This document shows, in pieces, positions 24,511-36,178 of a stretch of DNA of 64,000 nt. Source of the DNA: Balanoglossus misakiensis (Eukaryota; Animalia; Hemichordata); the NCBI GenBank assembly GCA_040954595.2, contig CM082588.2:2874513-2938512 (forward strand), read 5' to 3'. The notes under the pieces were generated by a model, which made no database searches, was not told the origin of the DNA, and saw nothing but the letters and a program-made list of their open reading frames with translations. Numbering within the stretch: the stretch's first letter is position 1; each line of letters starts with the position of its first letter. The position numbers were made by a program, and so were the translations under genes.

Positions 24511-27500
24511 CTATATATCAGGAGATGCCATATCGGCCCCGTATACGTCACCATAGTCGGGTAGAATGATATTCGAGCGAATGACCACATTCTTCTGAAT
24601 GAACATCTGTTCTTTGGCCCGGGCGGCTGCTTCCACATAGACATCCGCAGGCTGACAAAAATAAATTAAAGATTTTTTCTACAATCGAAAATAATCCTGC
24701 AGCTCTAGGTGTAAATGCGACAGTTACAACATTTCATTGCGCTCACTCCAGATACGCCAGACGGACTATTGAAAGGGATACCGTCGTGACGTTTGCGGCT
24801 GCTCAAACAGTTTATTTGTCAACAATAACTTTTGCCACAAACGGGGCCAGGTATGACGTACCTCTTGGTGGTTGCACAAGTGGCGCAGTTCTTTCAGCTC
24901 TGCCTCAGCCTGCCGACAACTTCCGCAAGAATGTTGGAAAGTATTGACTCTGGAGTCAAGAGTACGAATTGAGAGCCCGATATCAGTGCCGATTTCTCCG
25001 GTATTGATCTTCCTAGTTGTTATAATCTGTGGAAGTCCGAAGGTGCTGGATGTTAGGATTCAATTATTTCATTCAATTCAAGATGTAATGTCTTTGTAGT
25101 GCCGCACGCTTACTTTTTACTCCAGTTGTCGATTCCGAGTAAACTGTATCCACACCAAAGCACGGTTCAGATACTAGGCGCGGCGTCAGGCTCATAATGT
25201 ACGATTGACGGGTTTTACATCTTTTTTTTACGTAAAATATGGCAATAAATAATTTTTATCGTGTAAAATCAACACAAAGTGATTTTAGGTTCAACTTACC
25301 TTTGGCACAAAGACAAGACACAGCGTCACAGTGGTACTGAAGACCAGGCAGAATGCTTCAATCCCATACACCAGGTCACATTGGTCCGGTCTGAGCGTCA
25401 TGATAGTCGGGATGCCGAAGATGGCGAGGATGGAAACGATGTAGGCCGAGGCACCGATGTACTGTGAATCGTTCAGCTGTTGGAAATGTACCTGTACAGC
25501 AAAGCAAAGCAATGATTGGTTATTATTGCCGCTTTACATCTGCATGTGCCCAGTTAGCCAATGAACGCCTACACTGTGTTGCATAATAATGACAAGAAAA
25601 CAGACAAAAAAAAATAAATTCTACCTTTCTGGTTTCCCATGCCAGGAACACTCCCAGCAATAACAGGAGTCCTTTGTAGCTGTACATGGTCGCAAGCCAT
25701 GCCAGCTGATTTTTGGAAACGCATTTTACAATCATGGAGTCGGTCGCAAAGTCCTCGCCATTTTTGTCCATCTAAAGAGAAAATGAATGAATGAATGAAT
25801 GAATGAATGAATGAATGAATGAATGAATGAATGAATGAATGAATGAATGAATGAATGAATGAATGAATGAATGCAAAGCGTGGGAATTTGTCATTTTTTT
25901 TACAATTGGCATGAGCTATAACCCATCAAAATTGTCCAAAAATGACAAAATCACCAAAGTTTGCAAAGTCAGGAATTTGTCATTTTTGAAATTTTTCATT
26001 AGCTTTTGCCCATGAAAAATGTCCAAAAATGACAAAATCACAAAAATTCACGAAGTCGAGAATTTGTCATTTTTGACAAGGTTCATGAACTATAACCGAT
26101 GGAAAATGTCCCAAGACAATGAGAATCAATCAAGGGGCCAGCTATCTCACGAAATATAATCGAATGGATGGCAAGATGACCATGTGTGGTAAATAGCGCC
26201 ACTCACTTGATACGGCAGATGCTCGATTATCGGTTTCAGAGGATCAATGGTTGTCCATGCTGTAAGGATAACGACGTCAACAAACAAAAATACGAGAACA
26301 AAAACAAACAAATGACGGTCCAAAATTTTCTAGAAAACAAACAAAGAAACAAATATATGTTTACTTGTGATTAGTTGGTTCGATAAACATAGCAACAGTG
26401 ATCAACTTCAAATATTAAGAGCAAATAATGTTGAAAATATGTAGCCGTCATTGACCTTTGCAACTTACCTTTGACTGTGCCGTTTTATTGGTGAAAATTA
26501 TATGCACTCTCCATGTCTTACTGAATATGGCGCCGAAGGTCAAGGTGAACCCCACTGCTAAGGTCCATGCACGCGCCTAACAAAAAAAAAGAAAACGAAT
26601 GTGTTGCAATGTTTTCGAGACATGCGCAACCCGACAGACATGTCCACCCTCTTTTCACACAATGTACAAAGCGAAACCAATTATTATGCGGGATACTGAC
26701 AAAAACAATAAAGGCTGAATACGTAGGAAACCTTCCTATCCAAAGGACAGTGTGATTGCCAAGCCAACAACTCCGCTACCATGCATGTGTGTGCCAAAAG
26801 TGCAAATAGAGGATAATTAAACAAATTCTAATTTTCAATAATACATATGTTCCAGAATTTTTATGGTCACGTACATCAGATGAACAATGGTATACTAGTC
26901 AAGGAATACCGCAACTCAAACGAAAGCTTGAATACAAGCATAGCACTTTAAATGTTAAATCAAAGCTTACCTGACAGACGACTTCGGTTTGTTGTAATCC
27001 AAACAGAATAGTCGTAATGTACACCAAAATCCCACCGATAATGATGACATTATTCAGTCTGGGTGACGATAACTTGATATGTCTAGGAAAAGAAACGTAA
27101 ACAGGTAAATGTCCCTAACAACATTGCATGTTTGTCATTGTATTGCATTATGTGTTGTGAAATATTCGCCTTTCACCTGAGGTCGTTAAATTAAATCGCA
27201 CATGAAATTATTCAGGTAGTCACCTTTTGTTGCGGTTAATGACATTGTAAACCAAGAAGACGACGGACAGGAGTACCCCCAACGATGCCACAACACAGAC
27301 TCCGATGAAGAACCCAGGTGTTATAGAGTGCAATACGTTGAACACCCTCAGGTCATCGACGGGAACATTTCCACCTAAGAACAAGAATTGTGCGAAGTAA
27401 GTAAATAATGGGAGGGATTATAAATGGATCTTTCATATTCTCGGATGTGTCTGTCTGTCTGTCTGTCTGTCTGTCCAGTATATTACATGTTGAAATTACA

Positions 27501-30500
27501 TATACTTTACATAAGCATTTCCAAATTTGACCACTTACCGTCCCAGCGCACATCTGATGTCCATCTGAAAACCTTTTCGTCTGTGTTGTATACACCTCGA
27601 AGAATGTATTCACCATCTGAAAAGAAGGAAACACGGTGTTAACCGTCTTGTTGCCATACTAAATCACTAATTTTATTTTTCTCCATAAAGCTAGAGGTTA
27701 CACAGAGATTCAATTTGGTGGCCATTTTGAATTTCAAAGTTGAGGTAATTTTGCTCTCTCATTCAAAATTTCGCGCGAATACCTTAAGAGTTAGGCAGAT
27801 ACTACCGTTAATGGAAACATCAAAAAATAACCGGGTTCGTTCAGTTTCATCCATCATTCATTCACACACACACTCACTCACTCACTCACTCACCCTGTAC
27901 TTGATAAACAGCCAATGGCTGACCTTTACGATCAGCCCCTTCGAAAGCAACTCTTCCCTGCAAAACAAATCGGTTGTGCATTGAGATTAAAGATTATTCA
28001 GTGCATAGATCTGCCTATTGGAGAATTAAGCAAGCCAGGTACGGCTTCCGTAATTAAATATTGGAACTGCACACCAATTCAAGTACAAAGGATACAATTA
28101 GTCATATCTATATAACCCGGAGTCGGAAACATAGTAAGTAAACACCAATTACGCAAATGTCATATTGAATGGTTTTATACATGTATTCACTTTCCTGGCG
28201 GTCTTCCGATTATAAGTTTTGAAAGCCATAATCTCAGGTATCATTTTCGTGCGAGCTCTTACCAAGGCCTACACAGACGCTGCTAGCATTTGTTAGTCTG
28301 TGCTACTAGATAGTGACAGGCTCGTTACAGCGAGTCGATCATGAAAACAGTTCCGGTCGATGACGTAAATTGTTTTAGTCTGTGCTGTTCTACGTCAAAT
28401 CGGCGGTGGTGATTCGTGACAATTCATTGATTATATATAATAATAATGAATCCAACATAGATTTGATTGACACGGGTAATTGGAGCGATACCCTTATAAT
28501 TAGTGTTCGTGACATTTGTTAAAATATATTTACACATTTCTTGTCCTTATAGACGCGGCTCTTTTCCTTACACTGCAAAAAAAAACATTTCCTGGCAGTT
28601 TCTTGACTCAGCTTGTAAACCCTTCTAAGGGAAAGACAGCTTTTTAACTAGTATCTTGGTTTGGCTATAGTTGCAATACAAGCTGCTGTGGTGATTATGT
28701 TTAGCTTGCTCGAATCGCCGCCGCTTGCAGACACGTATATACATGTCGAAGAAAGCCCTTTGAGTTACATGATATATTCAACAGCATCAAATCTGTTGAT
28801 GTGAAAATTATTAGTGTTCAAGCGTTGTTATTATTTCTGGTTTGATCAAAACATCAGAATTATGACATCGTCGTCACTTATCATCGGGGCTTTAGGAATG
28901 CTTTCATTTGTCATTTTATGTCCTTTTGTACTTCGCAAACGTCTGTTATAATTTCAGAAGAGTACTAGAAATGCTTGAATGCGCAGACACAGCTGTACCA
29001 GATTTTCAAAAAATAATTGGGTGATGTTTTCTGTCCCTGTATTGGGGTTATTTCGGCGGTACGACTGACAACGGAAGAAATTTTGCAAGTTTGAAAGGGT
29101 TGTTAGGCGGAAACTACTCTGGCGTGTCACTCAAAAAGAGCAGATGCATCATGGTTCATACTGTCCCCCATTACACTAATGCTAGCACAGACTGGGTATT
29201 CTTCAACACGGAAATATATGCAGGACACCAGATATGCAAAGCGCCCTAAATACACACCTTTCGAATCTCGCAGAAGCGCTATGTTAACTAGGTGTACCGG
29301 AAGTAGAGTACTAGTATTTGAAAATGTAGCTCCATATACGAGTACATGATATAGATACGTCCCGGGAACTCCTCTATGGTTTCAGAAGAGTTCGCTGAAC
29401 AGACAGAGCAATTGACGAATAATCAAATGAACCTACGTACCGACATGCCTTGAAAGCGCACCCTTGACATTGCTGAGAAAATCTGGTATTTAATGGCGCT
29501 GTTGTAGCCGAAATCTTCGAGGCTCTGACCAGCAGGGAGGCCGGTAATCGTGTCGTTTATTGCAAGAGTCACCGCCCATATGGCATCATACGCGAAAGGT
29601 GCGTAGTCTGTGAATGGGTATCCTCCTATTTCCTCCCTGATGTCATCATAGGCCTCCAGAAACTCCTGCTGCGTCTTGGAGTAGCGAGAGTTAGGAGAAG
29701 AAAAGAAAACGAAAGACGTCAATATCACAAGACTCATGCGGAGTCAAAGAAGCGTCATCGTCGAAGTGCGCATTTCGACGCCTGCCGTGCCAACGAACAC
29801 GCGTTTCGAATTTGATGCCGCCAAAACATGATTTAGATGACGGAGCATGTTTACCTGACTTATTTTTTTTAGAGGCAATGCATGTAATTCACGTCAAAAG
29901 CAGTAAACATGCACAAAATATGATGACAAGTTCAAGACTTTGATTTTCGAGTTGCCTACCTGTTGAGAAACGGATAGCATATCATCTGTTCCCAAAATCT
30001 GCGCATCGATGACCAAGGTTCCCTCGGCTGCCTTTGCAAGCTCCTCCGGAGTGCAGGACAATGTATCATCTTCGGTCTCATCTTCATCCTCCTCCTCCTC
30101 CTCTTCAGCTGAATTATGCAAAGTGGCGTTTCCCCACCATTTGATGGTTGGTAGGTGTTCCGTGATCGCTATCCAGACATACTTCGGCGCCACAACTCCG
30201 GCCTTAAAAGCCTGCACAAAAACGTGAAATTCATTTGAGGGGATGCTGACGAATATTGGGAAATTTGGAATAGAAGACATATGGGAATAATCATAAAATT
30301 AATAATACACATTAGTTTTGTTGATCAAGTAATTTCATAGCTTATTCATTGTTGGAGGCTTAGCTGCAATCTGAATCGATGATGGTGAAAATCTGATTAA
30401 TTTTCTATTTTTAAATGATTGTAATCTGGCAAATGTGAAATTTCTGATTAATTTTCTATTTTTAAATGATTGTAATCTGGCAAATGTCAAATTTCCTTTT

Positions 30501-33500
30501 GATTTAATTTCTTATGCCAACTTGACGAAGATTTTCAAGGTCTTAAAAAGAAGACATGAAAATCGATACGTCTGTACAATAAAATTGCCTGGGGCTCACC
30601 TCACAGTATACTTTTGGTTTATCATACGGACTGTCGAAAAAAGCAACGATGATTCGACCGTTCAGCGCCTGGGAAGTAGAGAAGATAGAATAGAAAATTA
30701 TACCTTTCCTTAACTTAGTACATGTATGCAGTTTGAAGTAGAACAAGAAATATAAAAAAAAGCCAAAAGTTACAGCTGTGTCACTTTAATATGAAACAGA
30801 TGACTTGAAGAGAAGTGTTTATCACATTTACCTTTAGACGTGTCATATACGTATCGACTTTTGACGTCATCGCCCCTGCTTGGACTAAAGTAATATTGGC
30901 CTTCTCAAAGTCATCAAGCAATATTTCTGCAGACTGTAGGAAAATATAACAAATGTGACATGGACGTCACGCAAACTGGAACGGCGCACTCACGACAGAT
31001 CGATCTAACATCAAATTAGACTCTTCATATTCTGAGTTTACAACAGTGACATAAGGGAAGAATAATTTTGTTTCGGGGGGGGTTGAAAGATTTGGGGTTG
31101 TCAGCAGATTTTGTTTCAGCCACTGTTGCCGCTATTGATTTAAATTGCCTGTCCTCTTTTCTCAAGGCATTGCAGAAGACATTTTTGTTCACGACACCAT
31201 CTGCCGAACAAACATTTTCCTCAAATACTCACCCCCCCAGATCAAACGGTTCTCCCCTGACTGATGACATACGGATAAACACTCACCGGGTGGAAACTCT
31301 CCTCGTCTATGTCGAGAAGAGAAACTCGGTTCCAATTGAAGTATTTCAGCAGAGCGACGGCGACCTCGTTCAGAGCCACAAGAGGGATGCGGGTACGGAA
31401 GAAGTTGGGAAATCTTTGACGGTCAGAAAATTCACCAGTTGAAGCCATACTTGAGATCTGTATAGAAGCAAAAGCCACCAGTGACTCGGGGGAGCTCTTG
31501 AATTTGCATACAGGTGCACACCGAGGATCTGGGTGTGATCCGTAACAATGACTCATTGTTCGTTACGCAATAAACCTGGTGGTGTGTGTATGTGTGTGTG
31601 GTGCTCAGTGTTTCTCCCAAGACGTCCTATTTCAAACTTGATCTAAACCCCATTTCGCGACAACAAGTTAACACACAGCAAACACCATACATGTACCTGA
31701 ATGGGATTCCAAAATCTGCCAACTTCGTATAACAGCCTGCACCCTGCCGAGTCGTCGCTGTCCTCTTCGCACATGATGGCTATATTCTTCTGTTCATTTT
31801 GTATTTGTTCGATAAAACTTCGTACTACCACACCTTCTTCGCTCTGTGCATTGCATGCACGGGGGTGGAGGAGGGAAGGACGGAGGGGCAGGCAAGGACG
31901 GGCAGAAGCACGGATGTGTGTAGAGAAAAATAAATCAAGAAAGTACATGTAATGCGTATGAGAGGATAGACCAGATTAACAAACAAGTAAAAGACAAACA
32001 AACATAGGCTTTCTATCACATAAACCTCCAATGCCAAAAAGGACTTACGCGATAACCAGGGAATGAAAATGACAGCGTGTAATTGCTGTTGCGAAAAGAC
32101 ACGATTCCAGGGACCGTGAAAATCATAGATAAAGAGCTCTTCTTCCGAAGAGCCCAAAACCTTCATCTGCGTGCCGCGTCTTCTGACTGCGTTTTCTCTC
32201 AGGCGGCGAATCAATCATATGCACCTATATGGAGCGTTATGACCGTGACATATACACTATCATATTGCAACATGAAAAGGCTAAATTGGCCACCTGTGCA
32301 ATAATCACTGAAGATTAATACATTATATCTTCAATTAGGTATATAATTTTTTTCTCGTGTTGCATTTTGTGAGGCATTAGTAGTGTTTGGCATTTAGTAA
32401 AATGTACGGATTGCATGTTCTTGTCCAATTCTCGCTCAGTGGGATGGAAAATATATATTGATTTTTGTAATGACGTTAACTTTCGCTGGCTTCATTCTTT
32501 TTACAGGAAGCCTGCCTGGCTGGCAAGCAAAAACAGAAATTATTGAAGGAACCAAAGTCGATTATCCTGATATAAATACAAATTCTCATAACCTTGGCTG
32601 CGTTTGTCTGTGTGCATTAGGCATAGAACTACATGTATTATGGTTGTTCTGCACTATTTTTTATATAAGTATGTTGGAGCTGAGTTGTATATGGTTTCAG
32701 CGCGACTTATCAAATGTTATTGAAACACTAGTAAGTCTACTCTTGTAAAAAGAACGGGCGTTTTTCTTTTATATGTACTAACTTCAGAGCGAAAAAAGAT
32801 CGATTGTGTTAATTGAAGAGGACCAACCTTAGTGTCGTTGAGTTGAAACTCTAATTGATATCCGGGCATGATGTCGGATCGATTATTGACATGTCGTCGT
32901 GCCAACTCTATAGCCGGATATATGCCGGCAGCCCAAAAGGCATGTCTTCCCGTCATAGGAAGCATGCATCCGATATACAGTGGCACGTCCTCACCTATAA
33001 AATACAAAATATTCTACGGTAAGGAAGGAATCTATGGTCAGGAAATTGCAAGTTCAGTTTATGTTCTACGATCCCAAGACTTACACGTTCATACACGCTA
33101 TACGCGTTTATGGCGGTACTGCCATATCAACAGTCTGAGTTTCTCCACATATTAAATGATGAAATTTTGCAATTAATAGCGCATTACTGAAATTACTCGA
33201 TCAAATTTGCTACAGATTCTAATCTGACACAGATCGCATGTCAACACTTTGAACTTTCGTTTTGATAGCGAGAGGAGGGTTTTAATCTGAACGATCAAAA
33301 TTCTCTTTTGATCGTCTGCAGCAATCTGAGAATATCGACAAATATACAGATCTCTCTGTGGACATATCCATTGTAAGCCTTCGATATCTTTTCCGCGAAA
33401 TATGGCAACTAAGGTTTTACATGTAATGGACCTGAGCTGCGGAGACACGCTACACGCCACCAGAACTATCAATATTTCACGTTCAGGTTGGATCGCCTCA

Positions 33501-34680
33501 AGAAGGTGCCAAATGGTGCATTTTAAGTGAAGTTAAAATAAATTTAATTGACGTGACCCTGCCAAACACGCTGTCTAGATGTATGTCAACTCAATATGCG
33601 CATGTACCTTTGGTGTCGTTTTTACGGAAATGTCAAACGTTTACAAAATATGCGACTGGGCAGCTAACTGTCATGACAAACAATATAGCATTGCGCCTTT
33701 GATATCTGAAGAAAGTGTCTGTGCTGGGTGGATTAGATATGCGGGAAAAATGAAAGAAAATCGAGAAGCAGATCAAGAGGATCATGTCGTGAAACGCAGA
33801 GAGGAATCCACCGTCCAGTTGCACACTAATAGGCTTAAGTCTGGCGGTATGAACGTGTCACGTATCCGTAAAGACATATAAGCTTTACCGTATTAACCCG
33901 TGTGTTTTGAAACGAAATACTTAGAAAAATAGATATTACATTTATATATTATATTAATGTTTAGTTTTCACAGAAATGTGTATTCTTTAACTGACGAGCA
34001 TTTTCCTACGTACACTTTTGTCACAGGTTGCCCGACTTGTATATCTAAGGAGGTTTACAGATTCTTTGTTCAAGCGACCTCTAACACGTACATGTATAGA
34101 GTGAAACTAAACCACTGTGTTCATGTCTGGAAAGCACAGCAAATATTGTTGGTGTTGAATTTCATGTAAAATCAAAGTCCGATATCTGTAAACTGCGACA
34201 TGGTCAAGAAATAACGAAGTCTTAATACCAGCAGCTTTTCAATTCATTCTCAAGTCTAGAGACGATTTAAGGAAATTTTATGTATGCTGCATTTTCAACC
34301 GCTGTATTATAGAATGGCGCGATTGCCATCGGTTGTTACAGTGATTCCCTCTCGGCTTAATCAATTTCATTGCAATTTAATTTGCAGTTCGGGCTGTCAT
34401 GAGACGGTAATAAATACGGTCCTTCTTTTGAACGACCGCGTACACTGAATGGAAATGTGTGAAAGCGTCTTTTTTCATCAAGACTGTGTACTATTTTTTT
34501 ATAATATTAAGATCTGAAGAGACGCCTGAAAATAAGCCTTACAGCTCAATTAAAAAATGGAGCAACTTTTTAAAAGCTAAAATGATAAAAACTAACACAG
34601 AAAAATCATCACCTACCTGCCACAGAACATCCTGAAATCACAATCACTAACGCTAACAGGCCACAGCTTGTGCTATTCAT
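24511..34680 (-). CDS. GABA-B-receptor-like class C GPCR (signal peptide, Venus flytrap domain, 7TM, short tail), 18 coding exons, 828 aa
   Basis: Exons assembled by hand, all GT-AG with consistent phases: 34680-34617, 32994-32828, 31843-31697, 31457-31287, 30933-30832, 30668-30600, 30211-29960, 29674-29441, 27957-27894, 27616-27539, 27374-27224, 27082-26971, 26576-26469, 26329-26207, 25771-25625, 25491-25300, 25026-24862, 24651-24511 (2487 nt in total). GABA-B family motifs: LYIGCMLPMTG, PAIELARRHVNNRSDIMPGYQL, SDRQRFPNFFRT, KYVWI, APFAYDAIWA, IKLSSPRLNN, GFTLTFGAIFSKTWRV, YKGLLLLLGVFLAWETRKV, LNDSQYIG, TLCLVFVPK. There is no Cys-rich domain between the flytrap domain and TM1, as in GABA-B and unlike mGluR/CaSR. 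Orthology to GABBR1 or GABBR2 is not established. Confidence 0.92.
25783..25872. repeat. (GAAT)n microsatellite, ~22 copies, in a GPCR intron
   Basis: Perfect tetranucleotide run. On the minus strand it ends about 10 nt before the acceptor of the exon starting at 25771. Confidence 0.95.
25873..26112 (+). repeat. About 2.7 diverged, palindromic relatives of the 87-bp satellite monomer inside a GPCR intron
   Basis: Shares gcaaagtc..aatttgtcattttt..catgagctataacccat..caaaaat with the large array, at a period of ~87-89 bp and in the same orientation. Confidence 0.8.
27448..27474. repeat. (GTCT)n microsatellite in a GPCR intron
   Basis: About 6-7 perfect copies read directly. Confidence 0.85.
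27675..27790 (+). repeat. Fragment of a dispersed repeat, possibly a non-autonomous DNA element
   Basis: The core ggtggccattttgaatttcaaa..gaggtaa..tttg..ctctc..tcaaaat recurs in inverted orientation at ~55200-55275 (atttaccttgattgaaattcaaaatggctacc). No termini were identified. Confidence 0.5.
27863..27893. repeat. (CA)n/(CACT)n microsatellite overlapping the GPCR exon 9 donor
   Basis: CACT x5 plus CAC at 27871-27893, which reads GTGAGTGAGT... on the minus strand starting exactly at the donor. Confidence 0.9.
30392..30487. repeat. 51-bp-period direct tandem duplication in a GPCR intron
   Basis: tctgattaattttctatttttaaatgattgtaatctggcaaatgt occurs at 30392 and again at 30443. Confidence 0.9.
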
Positions 34681-36178
34681 GCTACCTACGGATATTGAGA
34701 GTGAAAGACGAAGATAACGAAATTTTGAGCTCTTCATAATAATATTGCATGGACGAACTATTTTCTGGGCAGGGGGGGATCAATTCAAGTTCCGTTGCGT
34801 CTAATGACTGCGCACTTCCTTCACATTGCCTCAACATTAAAACAATGACCAATCATTTGAAAACTACTCGATGCGCACATGCGCATTCCTACCATCCTCA
34901 CGACAACAGCCAGTAGTGTGTCGTTATTGAACATTCTGAAATGAAATGATTTCTATTTAAATTCCAAGAAATTTGCAAACATAAAAAGTCCTGTTACTTT
35001 CTACATCGGATGGAGGTACCTGCAGCTGATTATTTTGAACGACCCAACTCCTTATGTTGACGTCAAATTTGTTTTTGAACTGTAACAATTGTTATCTTCA
35101 ATTTATGACCTTTTATGAACATTATAACCATGGCAACCACAGAAGTAAATACAATAGCATAGAAACATCTTTTTATCGAATGTAATCTCGATTTACCCAT
35201 GTACCTAGTCCATGTCTTGGGTCTTAAGACGGCACATTTTAGGGATTTGGGTCTTTAAAGGATAAGTGGTTTAATCCACGTTAATAACTGAAGGAATAAG
35301 AAGGCATCGAACATGATTGCTGCGTCATAAAAAAAGGCTTATTACGAGACTCGGTTGGATAAACGACAAGATACGTGCTGCGATATTAATAAAAAACATT
35401 CTATTCAATGTGTCTAATGTTTACCCAAAATTTAAATCGCCAGCCCCAGGTATAAGTATAAACAGTTCGCCATATAATAACCTGATACGTCAACAGACGA
35501 GCTTATTGCGGTTTATTGACAATGAGAAAATGTCACCATGTGTTTTGTTTGTGACGTTTTAGTACAACTTTGTTGCCAATCTATACTTCGGAAAACAAAT
35601 TACAGACATTTAACCGGAGGCAGAAGACGACCGAATATTGTCGAGACTAAAGAAACGTAGCACTCATACATAAATAACAGGAGAACCATTTATCCTTGCC
35701 TGACTTAAGCAAAATTTGCAAATCTCTTACAAATGTAAGTACGTGTTTTATGTCTAATGCTTCTGTAAGCCGCTTGCCCTGACGTACAGTGTACACATTG
35801 AAGAGAGATAACCGTATTTATATGATGTACTTTGTAGCAGTTCCAGTTTACGTCTACTTTGAATTGCTAGCAACTGTACTGTATGTGACCCTAACGCGCA
35901 GCCGCAGTCGGGACGCCACCCACACTCGAAGCCTATTAGCCTCAATGTCCTCGAGAGATGGGGTGGGTCTGAACCAATTCTGAACATTTTCGATGCCTTG
36001 AAATGCAACATTTATTGGCTTGGCATTTGTAAATCAAAAATGCCAATCAAGAGAGCAGTAATCATACATACATTAATTAACTAAATCTGTAATTACCACA
36101 ATCCAAAATACATAACTAAAAATAGCCAGTACACAATATGTTATCATGTTTGGTGTAAACGACAAATTACACGTTTAA

